Shown here piece by piece: positions 22,629 through 33,112 of a stretch of 64,000 bases of DNA; positions within the stretch are counted from its first letter, which is position 1; each line of letters begins with the position of its first letter. Origin of the DNA: Pirellulales bacterium (lineage in GTDB: Bacteria > Planctomycetota > Planctomycetia > Pirellulales > PALSA-1355); assembly GCA_963733035.1 (NCBI GenBank), contig CAVTBU010000007.1:672001-736000 (forward strand). Direction: 5' to 3'. The notes under the pieces were generated by a model that saw nothing but the letters and a program-made list of their open reading frames with translations, did not search any database and was not told where the DNA came from. The position numbers were made by a program, and so were the translations under genes.

Positions 22629-23438
22629 TCACTTTCCGGCGGAATCGAGAGGAGCGCGAATGGTGCCGCCTGCGTTGACGGCCAGGTTGCCGCCGTCCAT
22701 GGGAATCAGGGCGCCAGTGATCCAAGACGACGCATCCGAGGCCAACAGCACGGCCAGGCCGCGAATATCGTCTGGATGTCCGAGCCGGCCGCGAGGGATG
22801 CCCGTGAGCCATTTGTCCTTGAGCGTGGGGTCGGCGGCCATTCTTTTTTCGAGCCCAGGATTCACGACTTGTGCCGGCAGGATGGCGTTCACGCGCACGC
22901 CGCGGCCGGCCCATTCGGTGCTTAGCTCGCGTGTCATCTGAGCGACCGACCCCATCGCCATGCTGTAGGCGATGTGCCCACGCCCGAGAGCGGTGATGCT
23001 GGCCAATGAGCCGATGTTGACAATACTGCCGCGGCCGGCCTTTAGCATTCGCCGGCCTGCTTCCTGGCACATGCAGAACCGTCCGAAGACAAGATTCTGA
23101 AACACCTGTTGCACTTGTTCGAGGGTGATCTCATCGGGTGGGCACAGGAACCCTTCGCCAGCGACATTGCCCAGGAAGTCGATCTGGCCAAATTCGCGAT
23201 CCAGCGTTGCGAACAAACCGACAACCGCGGCCGGTTGCGAGACGTCGCATTGGTTCGCGATCGCGCGACGGCCCATTGATTCGACCTCGGCGGCCGTGCG
23301 TTTGGCGCCGTCAAGGTTCAAGTCGGCAAGTAGCAGGTCGGCGCCCTGTTCGGCGAGCGCAAGGGACATCGCGCGGCCCATCCCACTGGCGGCGCCGGAA
23401 ACGAGCGCCACGCGCCCGGCCAAATCAAACATGGACAT
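22629..23438 (-). CDS. Short-chain dehydrogenase/reductase (gluconate-5-DH/KduD-like subfamily)
   Basis: GAASGMG, GSIVNIGS, YSMAM (the catalytic YxxxK Lys appears as Met), EWA..GVRVNAI.P and DGG motifs. Confidence 0.88.
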   Translation of the reverse strand: MSMFDLAGRVALVSGAASGMGRAMSLALAEQGADLLLADLNLDGAKRTAAEVESMGRRAIANQCDVSQPAAVVGLFATLDREFGQIDFLGNVAGEGFLCPPDEITLEQVQQVFQNLVFGRFCMCQEAGRRMLKAGRGSIVNIGSLASITALGRGHIAYSMAMGSVAQMTRELSTEWAGRGVRVNAILPAQVVNPGLEKRMAADPTLKDKWLTGIPRGRLGHPDDIRGLAVLLASDASSWITGALIPMDGGNLAVNAGGTIRAPLDSAGK

Positions 23439-23553
23439 GCGAGAACTCGCTGCGCGCTGATGCTGAAAACGGTTGGCCTACTGAAGCGTACCCACAGCCC
23501 AACCCGTAATAAATGACTTCGGGGGCTGCGCCTTGACGCCACTAGCTTGACGC

Positions 23554-23578
23554 TGCTAGATTGTCTGATAATCTAGCA
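23554..23578. promoter_or_regulatory. FadR/GntR operator palindrome overlapping the promoter
   Basis: TGCTAGATT-GTCTGAT-AATCTAGCA with perfect 9-bp arms and a FadR-like TTGTCTGATAA core; two TTGACG -35 hexamers at 23533 and 23547. Confidence 0.8.
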
Positions 23579-23615
23579 AGGAGTTACCCTGCCTGCAACC
23601 CGCCTGGAATTTTCC

Positions 23616-24302
23616 ATGTTGAAAACTGTCGCTCGCGCCAAAATCCGCGATGTCGTTGCCGCGCAGCTCAAGAGCTACATCGCCCGGGAAAATCTAAGAC
23701 CTGGGGATCGCTTACCGACGGAAACGGAATTGGCCACGCGTTTCGGCGTCAATCGCCTCAGTCTTCGCGAGGCCACCAAGGCCCTCGAATTCCTAGGAAT
23801 CGTCGAGGCCAAGCCCGGCCGCGGTCTGACGGTCGGGCAGATCGACATGCAGCGCGTGACCGACCACCTAGGGTTTCACCCCGCGCTGCACGACGTGGAT
23901 CCGGGTGAACTGATCGACACCCGGATCGTAATTGAAACCGGCGCATTGCCGTTCGCCGCTCGACGGATGCAGCGCGATTCCTCGATTTACGTCCGGCTCG
24001 ATGCAATCAACGCGGAGCTTCGTCAGGCCCGCAGCTTGCAGCGGTTTGTCGAACTGGACATCCGATTTCATCGCGAGTTGATTCAGGCCGGCGGATTGGC
24101 CCCGCTGATGGCATTTAGCGATGTGCTGGTGGTTTTCTTTCGTCGGTTCCGCGAGAGTGTGAAGATGGCGGAATGGCAGGGTGGAATCGATGCCCATCAG
24201 CGGGTGATTGACGCCTTACGCGACGCTGATGTGAAAACGGCCGATTCGCTGTTACGAAGTCATATTGAGGTCCACCGAAAGCGCATGAACGTGGCGAAAT
24301 AG
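23616..24302 (+). CDS. FadR/GntR family transcriptional regulator (FCD domain)
   Basis: LRPGDRLPTETELATRFGVNRLSLREA wHTH; D..FH..L and H..I..A...H FCD motifs. Confidence 0.93.
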   Translation: MLKTVARAKIRDVVAAQLKSYIARENLRPGDRLPTETELATRFGVNRLSLREATKALEFLGIVEAKPGRGLTVGQIDMQRVTDHLGFHPALHDVDPGELIDTRIVIETGALPFAARRMQRDSSIYVRLDAINAELRQARSLQRFVELDIRFHRELIQAGGLAPLMAFSDVLVVFFRRFRESVKMAEWQGGIDAHQRVIDALRDADVKTADSLLRSHIEVHRKRMNVAK

Positions 24303-24333
24303 CGGCGTCCCGATTTTTAGGCCGGTAGGCGTT

Positions 24334-27300
24334 ATGGATCTCACCAAAGCACGCACGAGTCAGCGACGACGCACCTCGCGGCGACGGGGGTGGATGCTGC
24401 TGTTGCTGGTTGGGGCCTGTTGGTGGACGCTGCCCGAAAGTTGCGCTCGCGCCGAGGTCGATGAAGCCTTCTTTGAGCAACGAATCCGGCCCGTTTTGGC
24501 GGACGTGTGCTTCCGCTGCCACGGCGAGGCAAAAGCTTCGGGCGGGCTGCGGGTTGACTCCCGCGAGGCGCTTTTCCGCGGCGGCGACTCTGGCCCGGCG
24601 ATCGTTCCGGGCAAGCCGGACGAGAGCCTGCTGGTACGTGCAATTCGACACGCCGACGATGTGTCAGCCATGCCTGTTGATGGCGAATTGGACGACGGGC
24701 AGATCGAGGCCATGGTTGCCTGGGTTTCCGACGGCGCGCCTTGGCCGGCGAAAACGGCACGCTTCGAAAGTGCCCGGCATTGGGCTTTCGAGCCAGTGCA
24801 AACAGTACCGGTGCCGACCGTTGCGGATCGGGCTTGGGTGAGAACGAGTGTGGACGCCTTCATTCGGGCGCAACAGGAATCGGCCGGATTGAACCCTGGC
24901 CCGGCGGCCGACCGGCGAGCGCTCATTCGCCGCGCAACTTTTGACTTGACGGGGCTGCCCCCGACTCCGGAAGAGGTGGCTGCGTTCGAAGCCGACGCTT
25001 CACCCACGGCCTTCGACAAAGTCGTTGAGCGACTCTTGCATTCGCCCCACTACGGCGAACAGTGGGGGCGTCACTGGCTCGACGTGGTGCGCTACGCCGA
25101 CACGGCGGGCGAAAACACGGATCACCCGCTGCCGCATGCCTGGCGATATCGAAATTGGGTCCTCAATGCGTTCAATGCCAACTTGCCATACGACGCATTC
25201 ATTCGCCAGCAAATTGCCGGTGACTTACTGGCGGCGAACGGACCGGCCGAACAATATGCGGATCGCGTCGTCGCCACGGGGTATTTAGCAATTGCTCGTC
25301 GGTTTGGACACGACATCGACCAAGACATTCACCTGACGATCGAAGACACGATCGACACGATGTGTAAGTCGGTGTTGGGGCTGACGGTTGCGTGCGCTCG
25401 TTGCCACGATCACAAGTTCGACCCTCTGACCCGGGCCGACTATTACGGATTGTACGGCATTCTGGCCAGCACGAAGTTTGCCTTTCCTGGTTGCGAACCG
25501 AAGCAACAACCGCGGGATCTGGTTCCGCTTGTCTCCGCTGCGGAATATGCGGAAAGGTTCAAGCCACTGGAAGACCAAATGGCCGCGCTTGATGCCGAGG
25601 TTGCGCGACTGACGGCTGCTCAGCCCGAGCGCGCCGCGCATTGCAGCAGGCCGCACGTCGGCAAGCAGTCGTCCTTTCGGCAGGCGACCTGGCAGATGCG
25701 ACCGCGACCGAACTTTCGGTTGGGGCCAAGGTACCGCTCGACCAAATCACCGTCCATCGTGGCGATGTCTTGCAATTGGCGATCGGCCCGCGTGGCAATC
25801 ATGGTGCCGATTCAACGCAAGTGGAACTTGGCATCGAGGAAGTTGGCGCGGGAGGCCGGCGCTGGAGTTCGAACGACCTGGTGAGCGGCTTTGCCGAAGG
25901 GCGTCCACACGCTGACGCGTACGGTAACGACGTGGCCTGGTGTTTTCTGGACACGCGCGATGGTTTTGCCCTGCTTTCCGAGAACCTCGACATGGTCGAT
26001 GGGCGGAGCGAACTCAAGGCATGCCGCGCAGGCGACACCCCCTCGGTGTTGGTTAATACGTCCGAGTACGCAGTCGACGTTTGGACCCGTCTGCCGGCCA
26101 GGTCGTTCTTCATGCACCCTGGGCCCGAAGGTCCAGTCGCCCTGGCGTGGCTGTGTCCGTTGGACGGCACGGTTCGCGTCTCGGGGCGCATTGCCGATGC
26201 GCATCCCGGTGGCGACGGCGTGTCGTGGACACTGGAACATTTTGCATCGAACTTGGAGGGGAGCGGTCTGGCGGCGCAATATGTTGCCGCCGAGCAAAGC
26301 ATTGAAAGTGTGCAAGCGGCGATGGCGCGGAAGCGCGAGCTGGCCGGACAAGTCGTCGTTCCTGTGGGATACGCGGTTAGCGAGGGGGAGGCCCACGACG
26401 CGCGCATTCAAAAACGTGGCGATCCGGCCGACCTGGGGGGCGAGGTGCCGAGAAAGTTCCTGGATGTACTCGGCGGACAGCATGTGCAAAACACGGAGTC
26501 GAGCGGCCGGCTTGAACTCGCCAACTGGCTGACGCAGCCCGATAACCCCCTCACTGCCCGGGTATTCTCGAATCGCGTATGGCAGTGGCATTTCGGACGC
26601 GGCCTGGTGTCGACGCCAAACGACTTCGGTACGCGAGGTAGTCCTCCGACGCATCCCGAACTGCTTGACCATCTGGCAGCGGAATTCATCTCGAGCGGTT
26701 GGGATATTCGCGCGCTGCACCGGCTCATCATGCTCAGCGCGACCTACCAGCTGGCTTCACCGCAAACGGAGACTGCGTCGACCGCCACTTCTCCGGATGC
26801 GTATACGACGTTTGCTCGCCGACGCCTGACCGCCGAGGAGTTACGCGATGCCTTGCTTGTCGCTAGCGGCGAGCTCGACCTAGCGCCCGGTGGTGCACAT
26901 CCGTTTCCGCCGGAGTCCTCCTGGTCGTTCACGCAGCATAGTCCGTTTGCCGCTGAATACGAGACCTTCGGTCGGTCGGTCTACGTGATGCAAAAGCGAA
27001 ATCGCCGGGGCCGTTTCTACCAGCTGTTTGACGGGGCCGATCCGAACGCCAGCACGCCACGTCGTGACATCACGACCGTGCCGACCCAAGCCTTGTATTT
27101 TCTCAACGATCCGTTCGTACACGAACGTGCCGCGCGATTCGTTGAATTGCTCTTTAGTTGCCCTGGTGACGAGTCCGAACGATTGGATCTGGCCTACTGG
27201 CGATTGTTTGGCCGAAGTCCCAGTGAGGCGGAAACGAACGAAGCCGTTGCTTTCTTGAAAGACTACGCGTCCGGACTTTCCGCTGCGGACGCATCGCATC

Positions 27301-27371
27301 GTCAACAGCAGAGTTGGGCTGCCTTTGCCCGCGTGTTGATGAGCAGCAACGAATTCCTGTATGTAGATTGA
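24334..27371 (+). CDS. Planctomycete cytochrome c + DUF1549 + inserted beta domain + DUF1553 (PSD1) protein (frameshift near 25637)
   Basis: FFEQRIRPVL..VCFRCHG; YGEQWGRHWLDVVRYAD; CARCHDHKFDP; SSGRLELANWL..PDNPLTARV; PTHPELLD.LA; C-terminal LMSSNEFLYVD. Confidence 0.9.
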
Positions 27372-27397
27372 GGTGGGCAGTCGATTGCCAGGCAGCC

Positions 27398-28810
27398 ATG
27401 AAACCAAACGTTCTTCCAACGCGACGCAACTTCGTGCAGTCTGCCGTGGCGGGCTCGATGTTGATGCCCGGGATCTTGCATCGGCTGTTGGCCGAAGACG
27501 CGGCGCGAGCCGGCACCGTGGATCCGCTCGCACCCAGGCCGTCGCACTTTCCGGCAGCTGCCAAACACGTGATCTTTCTGTTCATGACGGGCGGAGTTTC
27601 GCACGTCGATTCGTTCGATCACAAACCGCGGCTGTTTACGGACGTTGGAAAAGAGGTCAAGCTCGATCACCCGGAGATTCGAAATCGCCCCGGCTATGAG
27701 CGAATCTTTCTCAAGCGGCCGCAATGGGACTTCCACAAGCACGGCGCGTGTGGCACGGAAGTCAGCACGCTGTTTCCGCACCTTGCCGAGTGCGTAGACG
27801 ATATTGCCGTGATCCGGTCGCTACATACCGACCACTCGAACCACTACAACGCCACGCTGGGCATGCACACGGGTTCGTTTGCCGCGGCGCGCCCCAGCAT
27901 CGGATCGTGGGTGAGCTATGGTCTTGGAACCGAGAATCACAACCTGCCGTCGTTCATGACCATCGCGCCGGCTCAAACCTACGCAGGTACGCAGGTCTAC
28001 GCAAGCGACTTCCTCCCCGGAGCCCATCAAGGAACCTTGGTGGTTCCCGGCGATGAACCGATCGCCAACGTTCGGCCGCAAGTCACGCGCGATTCGCAAC
28101 AACTCGAGTTGGCGGCGCTGGAACGCATGAACGGCCGGCATTTGGCGACTCGGGCGGCCGATCCGCAGTTGACGGCTCGCATCAAAACGTTCGAAACGGC
28201 ATTTGGAATGCAAACCGCCGTGCCGGAGTGCTTCGACCTGTCTCGCGAGTCCGGTGAGACATTGGCCATGTACGGACTCGAGCCGGGTAGCACGAGCGGG
28301 TTTGCCTGGCAATGCATGATGGCCCGGCGATTGGTCGAGCGCGGTGTGCGATTCGTCGAATTGATCGACACCGGCTCATCTGGGAATTGGGATTCCCATG
28401 GCGACATGATGGACCATGGCCGATTGGCGAAAAATGTCGACCAGCCAATTGCGGCACTCCTAAAGGACCTCAAACAACGTGGCCTGTTTGACGAGACGCT
28501 GGTGGTCTGGACGACCGAGTTCGGCCGCACGCCGTTCAACAACCAGGCCGACGCCAAGGGTCGCGAGCACCATAACTGGGCGTTCAGTTCCTGGCTGGCT
28601 GGAGCCGGCGTGCGCCGCGGAGTCGTGCATGGCGAAACGGACGAGTACGGCATTCGCGTCGCGCGCGATCCGGTGCATGTGCACGATTTTCATGCCACGA
28701 TTCTGCACCTGATGGGCCTCGATCACACGAGGCTTACTTATCGTCACAGCGGCCGCGATTTTCGCTTGACCGACGTGCACGGCAATGTCGTCCACGATAT
28801 TCTGATATAA
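27398..28810 (+). CDS. DUF1501 protein with Tat signal
   Basis: PTRRNFVQ twin-arginine motif; AKHVIFLFMTGGVSHVDSFD.KP, RRLVERGVRFV, WDSH, EFGRTP, GREHH and HDFHATILH motifs. Confidence 0.92.
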   Translation: MKPNVLPTRRNFVQSAVAGSMLMPGILHRLLAEDAARAGTVDPLAPRPSHFPAAAKHVIFLFMTGGVSHVDSFDHKPRLFTDVGKEVKLDHPEIRNRPGYERIFLKRPQWDFHKHGACGTEVSTLFPHLAECVDDIAVIRSLHTDHSNHYNATLGMHTGSFAAARPSIGSWVSYGLGTENHNLPSFMTIAPAQTYAGTQVYASDFLPGAHQGTLVVPGDEPIANVRPQVTRDSQQLELAALERMNGRHLATRAADPQLTARIKTFETAFGMQTAVPECFDLSRESGETLAMYGLEPGSTSGFAWQCMMARRLVERGVRFVELIDTGSSGNWDSHGDMMDHGRLAKNVDQPIAALLKDLKQRGLFDETLVVWTTEFGRTPFNNQADAKGREHHNWAFSSWLAGAGVRRGVVHGETDEYGIRVARDPVHVHDFHATILHLMGLDHTRLTYRHSGRDFRLTDVHGNVVHDILI

Positions 28811-28868
28811 GCCCTCCGATTGCATCCTGCCCCGCCAACCTACCTACAGTAAGCAGCGAGATTTTCCG

Positions 28869-31800
28869 ATGTCGAAGCAACTTTTAGCTGCCTGGATGTT
28901 CGTAATGGCGTGTGTCTCGGCGACTCGCGCGGACCAACCGGCCGCGGATGCCTTCGTGAAACTCGGCACCGAATACACCGAGCAAACGCACGCGCTGCTG
29001 GCGACATACTGTCTCGATTGTCACGCCACGGCGAGTCCCGAAGGAGAACTGGACCTGGAGCAATTCGCAAGCCTGGGAGATGTCCGCCGGCAGACCAGGG
29101 TTTGGCTCAAAGTGGCAGAGATGCTCGACAATGGCGAAATGCCCCCCAAGGACGCCGAACAGCCATCGGCCGAACAAAGGCAGCAACTGCGCGGCTGGGT
29201 CAAGCGGTATCTGGACGCCGAGGCGCTGGCCAGCGCCGGGGATCCTGGCCCGGTCGTGCTGCGGAGGTTGAACAATGCCCAATACACCTACACGGTTCGC
29301 GATCTGACCGGAGTCGCGCTCGACCCGGCGAAAGAGTTCCCGACCGACAGTGCCGCGGGCGAGGGCTTCACGAACACCGGCGCGGCGCTGGTTATGTCCC
29401 CTGCCCTGCTCACAAAGTATCTCGATGCCGGGAAAAAGATCGCCGAGCACGCGGTGCTCCTTCCAGATGGTTTCGGTTTTTCGCCCGCCACCTCCCGGCG
29501 CGACTGGACTAATGAAAGGCTGGCGGGCATTCGAGAGATCTATCGTCGCTATACCGAAGACGCCGGCGCCACCGAGGTGCACTTACAGGGGCTGGCCTGG
29601 GAAACAAACAAAGGCGGTCGCTTGCCGCTCGAAAAATATTTGAGCGCCACCCTTGCCGAACGCGAGGCGTTGGATGCCGGCAACAAGACGATTGCTGATG
29701 TCGCCAGCGCGCGGCCTGAATGCCAAGTACCTGGCGTCGCTATGGAATTTGCTGCACGCCGACGACGAGTCGCAACTCGTTGCCGCGATTCGCAAACGTT
29801 GGCGCACCGCTAAAGTCGAGGATGCCGGGGCACTGACGGCGGAGATTGCCCGTTGGCAGCAGGCGCTCGTCAACTTCCAAAGCGTGGGACACATGAAGTC
29901 GTGGATGCACCCCGTCGACCCACTCGTCGGCCGGCAAGAGGTGCGCGTCAAGATTTCGCAGCCAGCCAATGGAAATGAGGTAACGCTGTACCTGGCCGCG
30001 GGTACGGCGGCTGACGGTTCCGAGTCGGATCTCGTCGTCTGGGAAAGCCCACGGCTGGTTGCACCGGGCAGGCCAGACCTGCTGCTCCGCGACGTACGGA
30101 GCGTGGCTCACATCTTGGCTGGGCACCGCGAGCGTTTTTTTAAAGCGACCGCGCAAGCCCTGGTAGCCGTCGACGAGGTGGTTAGATCGAACGACGAGGC
30201 GAATGTCAGCGAATTGGCGAGGAAACACAAGGTTGACGACGATGTTCTCACCGCGTGGCTCAACTATCTGGGAGTCGGCGTGGTGGGTGAGTTGAAGCTC
30301 GAGCACTTGACCGGTCGCATCGAATCGTCGGCCGGATATGAATTTGCCAAAGGCTGGGGATCCAACGCAACGCCAAATCTTGTGGCAAACTCGTCCGATC
30401 AGCACGTGCGGATTCCCGGCAACCTCAAGCCACACGGCGTCGTCGTGCATCCCTCGCCCACGCTCTATGTGGCGGCGGGCTGGCAGAGCCCGATCACCGA
30501 CACGATCAAAATCGCCGGGCAAGTTACGCACGCCCATCCCGAGTGCGGCAATGGGGTTACCTGGACCCTGGAACTCATGCGCGGCCGCACTCGACAAACG
30601 CTGGCCAATGGTGTCGCAGCTGGCGGAAAACCAGTCGACTTTGGGCCGATTGAAAACCTTGCCGTACGAACGGGCGATCTTGTGTCGCTGCTTATCGGGC
30701 CGCGCGACGGCAATCACTCCTGTGATTTGACTGACATCGAACTAACGCTCGCGAGCATCGACGGCCAGAAGGCGTGGAGTCTTGCCGAGGATGTTTCCGG
30801 CGACGTGCTCGCGGGCAACCCGCACGCTGACCGGCAGGGCAACGCGGGAGTGTGGCATTTCTACACGCGCGCCGTGCAAGGGGGTGATACCGGGGCGACG
30901 ATCCCGGCCGGCTCACTCTTGGCACGGTGGCAAGCCGCGGCGTCGATCGCTGAAAAGCAAACGCTTGCCGAGCAGGTACAGACGCTTTTGACTGGAGGAC
31001 CGCCCGCAGAGCCAGACCACCCTGACGCCCAACTCTACCGGCAGCTTACGTCTCTTGGGGGCCCCTTATTTGCCGAAGCTCTGGCGGAATCCGTTGCGTC
31101 GACAAGCGCAGCCCCACTTGCCGCGGACGCCACGTTCGGTCTCGATCCGCGAAAGTTTGGCCATCGCGACGACGGGTCCGCAATCGAGCCGGCGAGTCTT
31201 TCAATGCGAGCGCCTGACGTTCTGGAAATTAAACTCCCGGCCGACCTGGTGGCTGATTCGGAGTTTATTGCAACGGCGGTCATCGATCCCACCACGGCGG
31301 CCAATGGAGCCGTGCAAGTCGTGGCCAGCCTGACGAAACCAGAGGATTTGGACTCGCTTCGCCCGGACGCGCCGGTTCTGGCGGCCGACGGAACGCCGGC
31401 CCGCAAACGGTTTGAACAGGCGTTCGCCGATTTTCGCGAGTGGTTCCCGCGGGCACTTTGCTACGTGCAAATCGTACCCGTCGATGAAGTGATCACCCTC
31501 ACGTTGTTCCATCGCGAGGACGAGCCGTTGCAACGGCTGATGTTGAGCGACGAGGAGCGGACGCAGCTCGATCGGCTGTGGACTGAGTTACACTTCGTCA
31601 GCCAGGATGCGTTTATGCGGGTGGATGCTTTTCAGCAACTTTTGGAATACGCCTCGCAAGACAGCGATCCGGGATTGTTCGAACAATACCGCAAGCCGAT
31701 TTATGATCGAGCAGCCGCCTATCGGCAGGAACTGATCGACGCTGAACCGCGGCAGCTGGAAAAGCTGATCGAATTTGCCGCCCAAGCCTACCGGCGTCCG

Positions 31801-33025
31801 CTTTCCGAGCAAGAAACTGCCGAGTTTCGAGCGCTCTACAAGGAACTTCGCGAGGAGGAATTGCCGCACGACGAGGCGTTCCGCTTCCTGATGGCTCGAG
31901 TGTTTGTATCGCCGGCATTTCTCTATCGATTGGAACAGGCCGCGCCGGGCACTGAGCCGGGACCGGTGTCTGACTGGGAACTGGCCAGTCGACTCAGCTA
32001 TTTCCTTTGGTCGTCGCTCCCTGACGAGTCACTTCGCGCAGCGGCCGCGGCGGGCAACTTGAGCGAACCGGAAGTGCTTTTGTCGCAAACGCACCGGATG
32101 CTCGCCGACGCGCGCGTTCGGCGAATGGCCAAAGAGTTCGCCTGCCAGTGGTTGCATATTTACGAATTCGACTCGCTCGACGAAAAGAGCGAAAGTCATT
32201 TTCCGGAGTTCGCCGGGCTGCGCAGATATGTATGAGGAAGCCATTCGCTTCTTCACCGATTTGTTTCAGAACGACGGATCGGTGCTCAGCATTCTGGATG
32301 CGGACTACGTCTTCGTGAACGAGCCCCTGGCCAGGTTTTACGGAATCCCTGGCGTGAGCGGTCCGGAGTGGCGCCGCGTTGACGGCGCGGGACAATATCA
32401 GCGCGGTGGCATCCTGGCCTTGGCCGCCACGTTGACGAAACATTCCGGCGCCTCGCGAACCAGCCCAACCCTGCGGGGTAATTGGGTTTCGGAGGTGCTG
32501 CTGGGCGAGAAGCTGCCCAAGCCGCCCAAGGACGTGCCCCAGTTGCCCGACGACGAGGCTGCGATCAAGGATCTGACGGTCCGTCAGCTGGTGGAAAAAC
32601 ATGCCAGCGACGTTCGCTGCTCGGGCTGCCACGTGCGGGTCGATCCAATTGGTTTTTCGCTCGAGGCGTTCGATACCATCGGTCGCCATCGCGAGAAGGA
32701 CCTGGCTGGTAGAACGATTGACGTGCACACCAAGCTTGCCGACGGCACGGAAATGGAAGGAGTCGCGGGCTTGAGAAACTACCTGCTCACCACGCGGCGA
32801 GAGGCCGTGTTACGTCAATTCTGTCGTAAGCTATTGGGCTATGCCTTAGGGCGTGGCGTGCAACTTTCCGACGAACCGCTCATCGACCAGATGCAGCAGG
32901 AGTTGGCTGCCCGCGATTACCATTTTTCGGCCGCCATCGAGGCGATCGTTCGCAGTCCGCAGTTCCTTGAGATTCGCGGCAGGGATGCCCAGTTTCCAGA
33001 CAGCGTCGCAGCGGACTCGCACTAA
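28869..33025 (+). CDS. DUF1587/1595/1592/1588/1585 cytochrome c protein with large insert (frameshifts near 29712 and 32224)
   Basis: YCLDCH...MPP; LRRLNNAQYTYTVRDL (DUF1587); ELASRLSYFLWSSLPD (DUF1592); RTSP.LRG.W...CSGCH..DPIGF.LE.FD.IGR.R (DUF1588); KLLGYALGR (DUF1585). Split across three ORFs. Confidence 0.88.
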
Positions 33026-33112
33026 ACAGTACGGACTTTTTGAAAACAGATTTCCCTGAACCAAGCAATTGATCCATAATAAAACCCAGTGCCGACCGGC
33101 AAACATGCGAGG

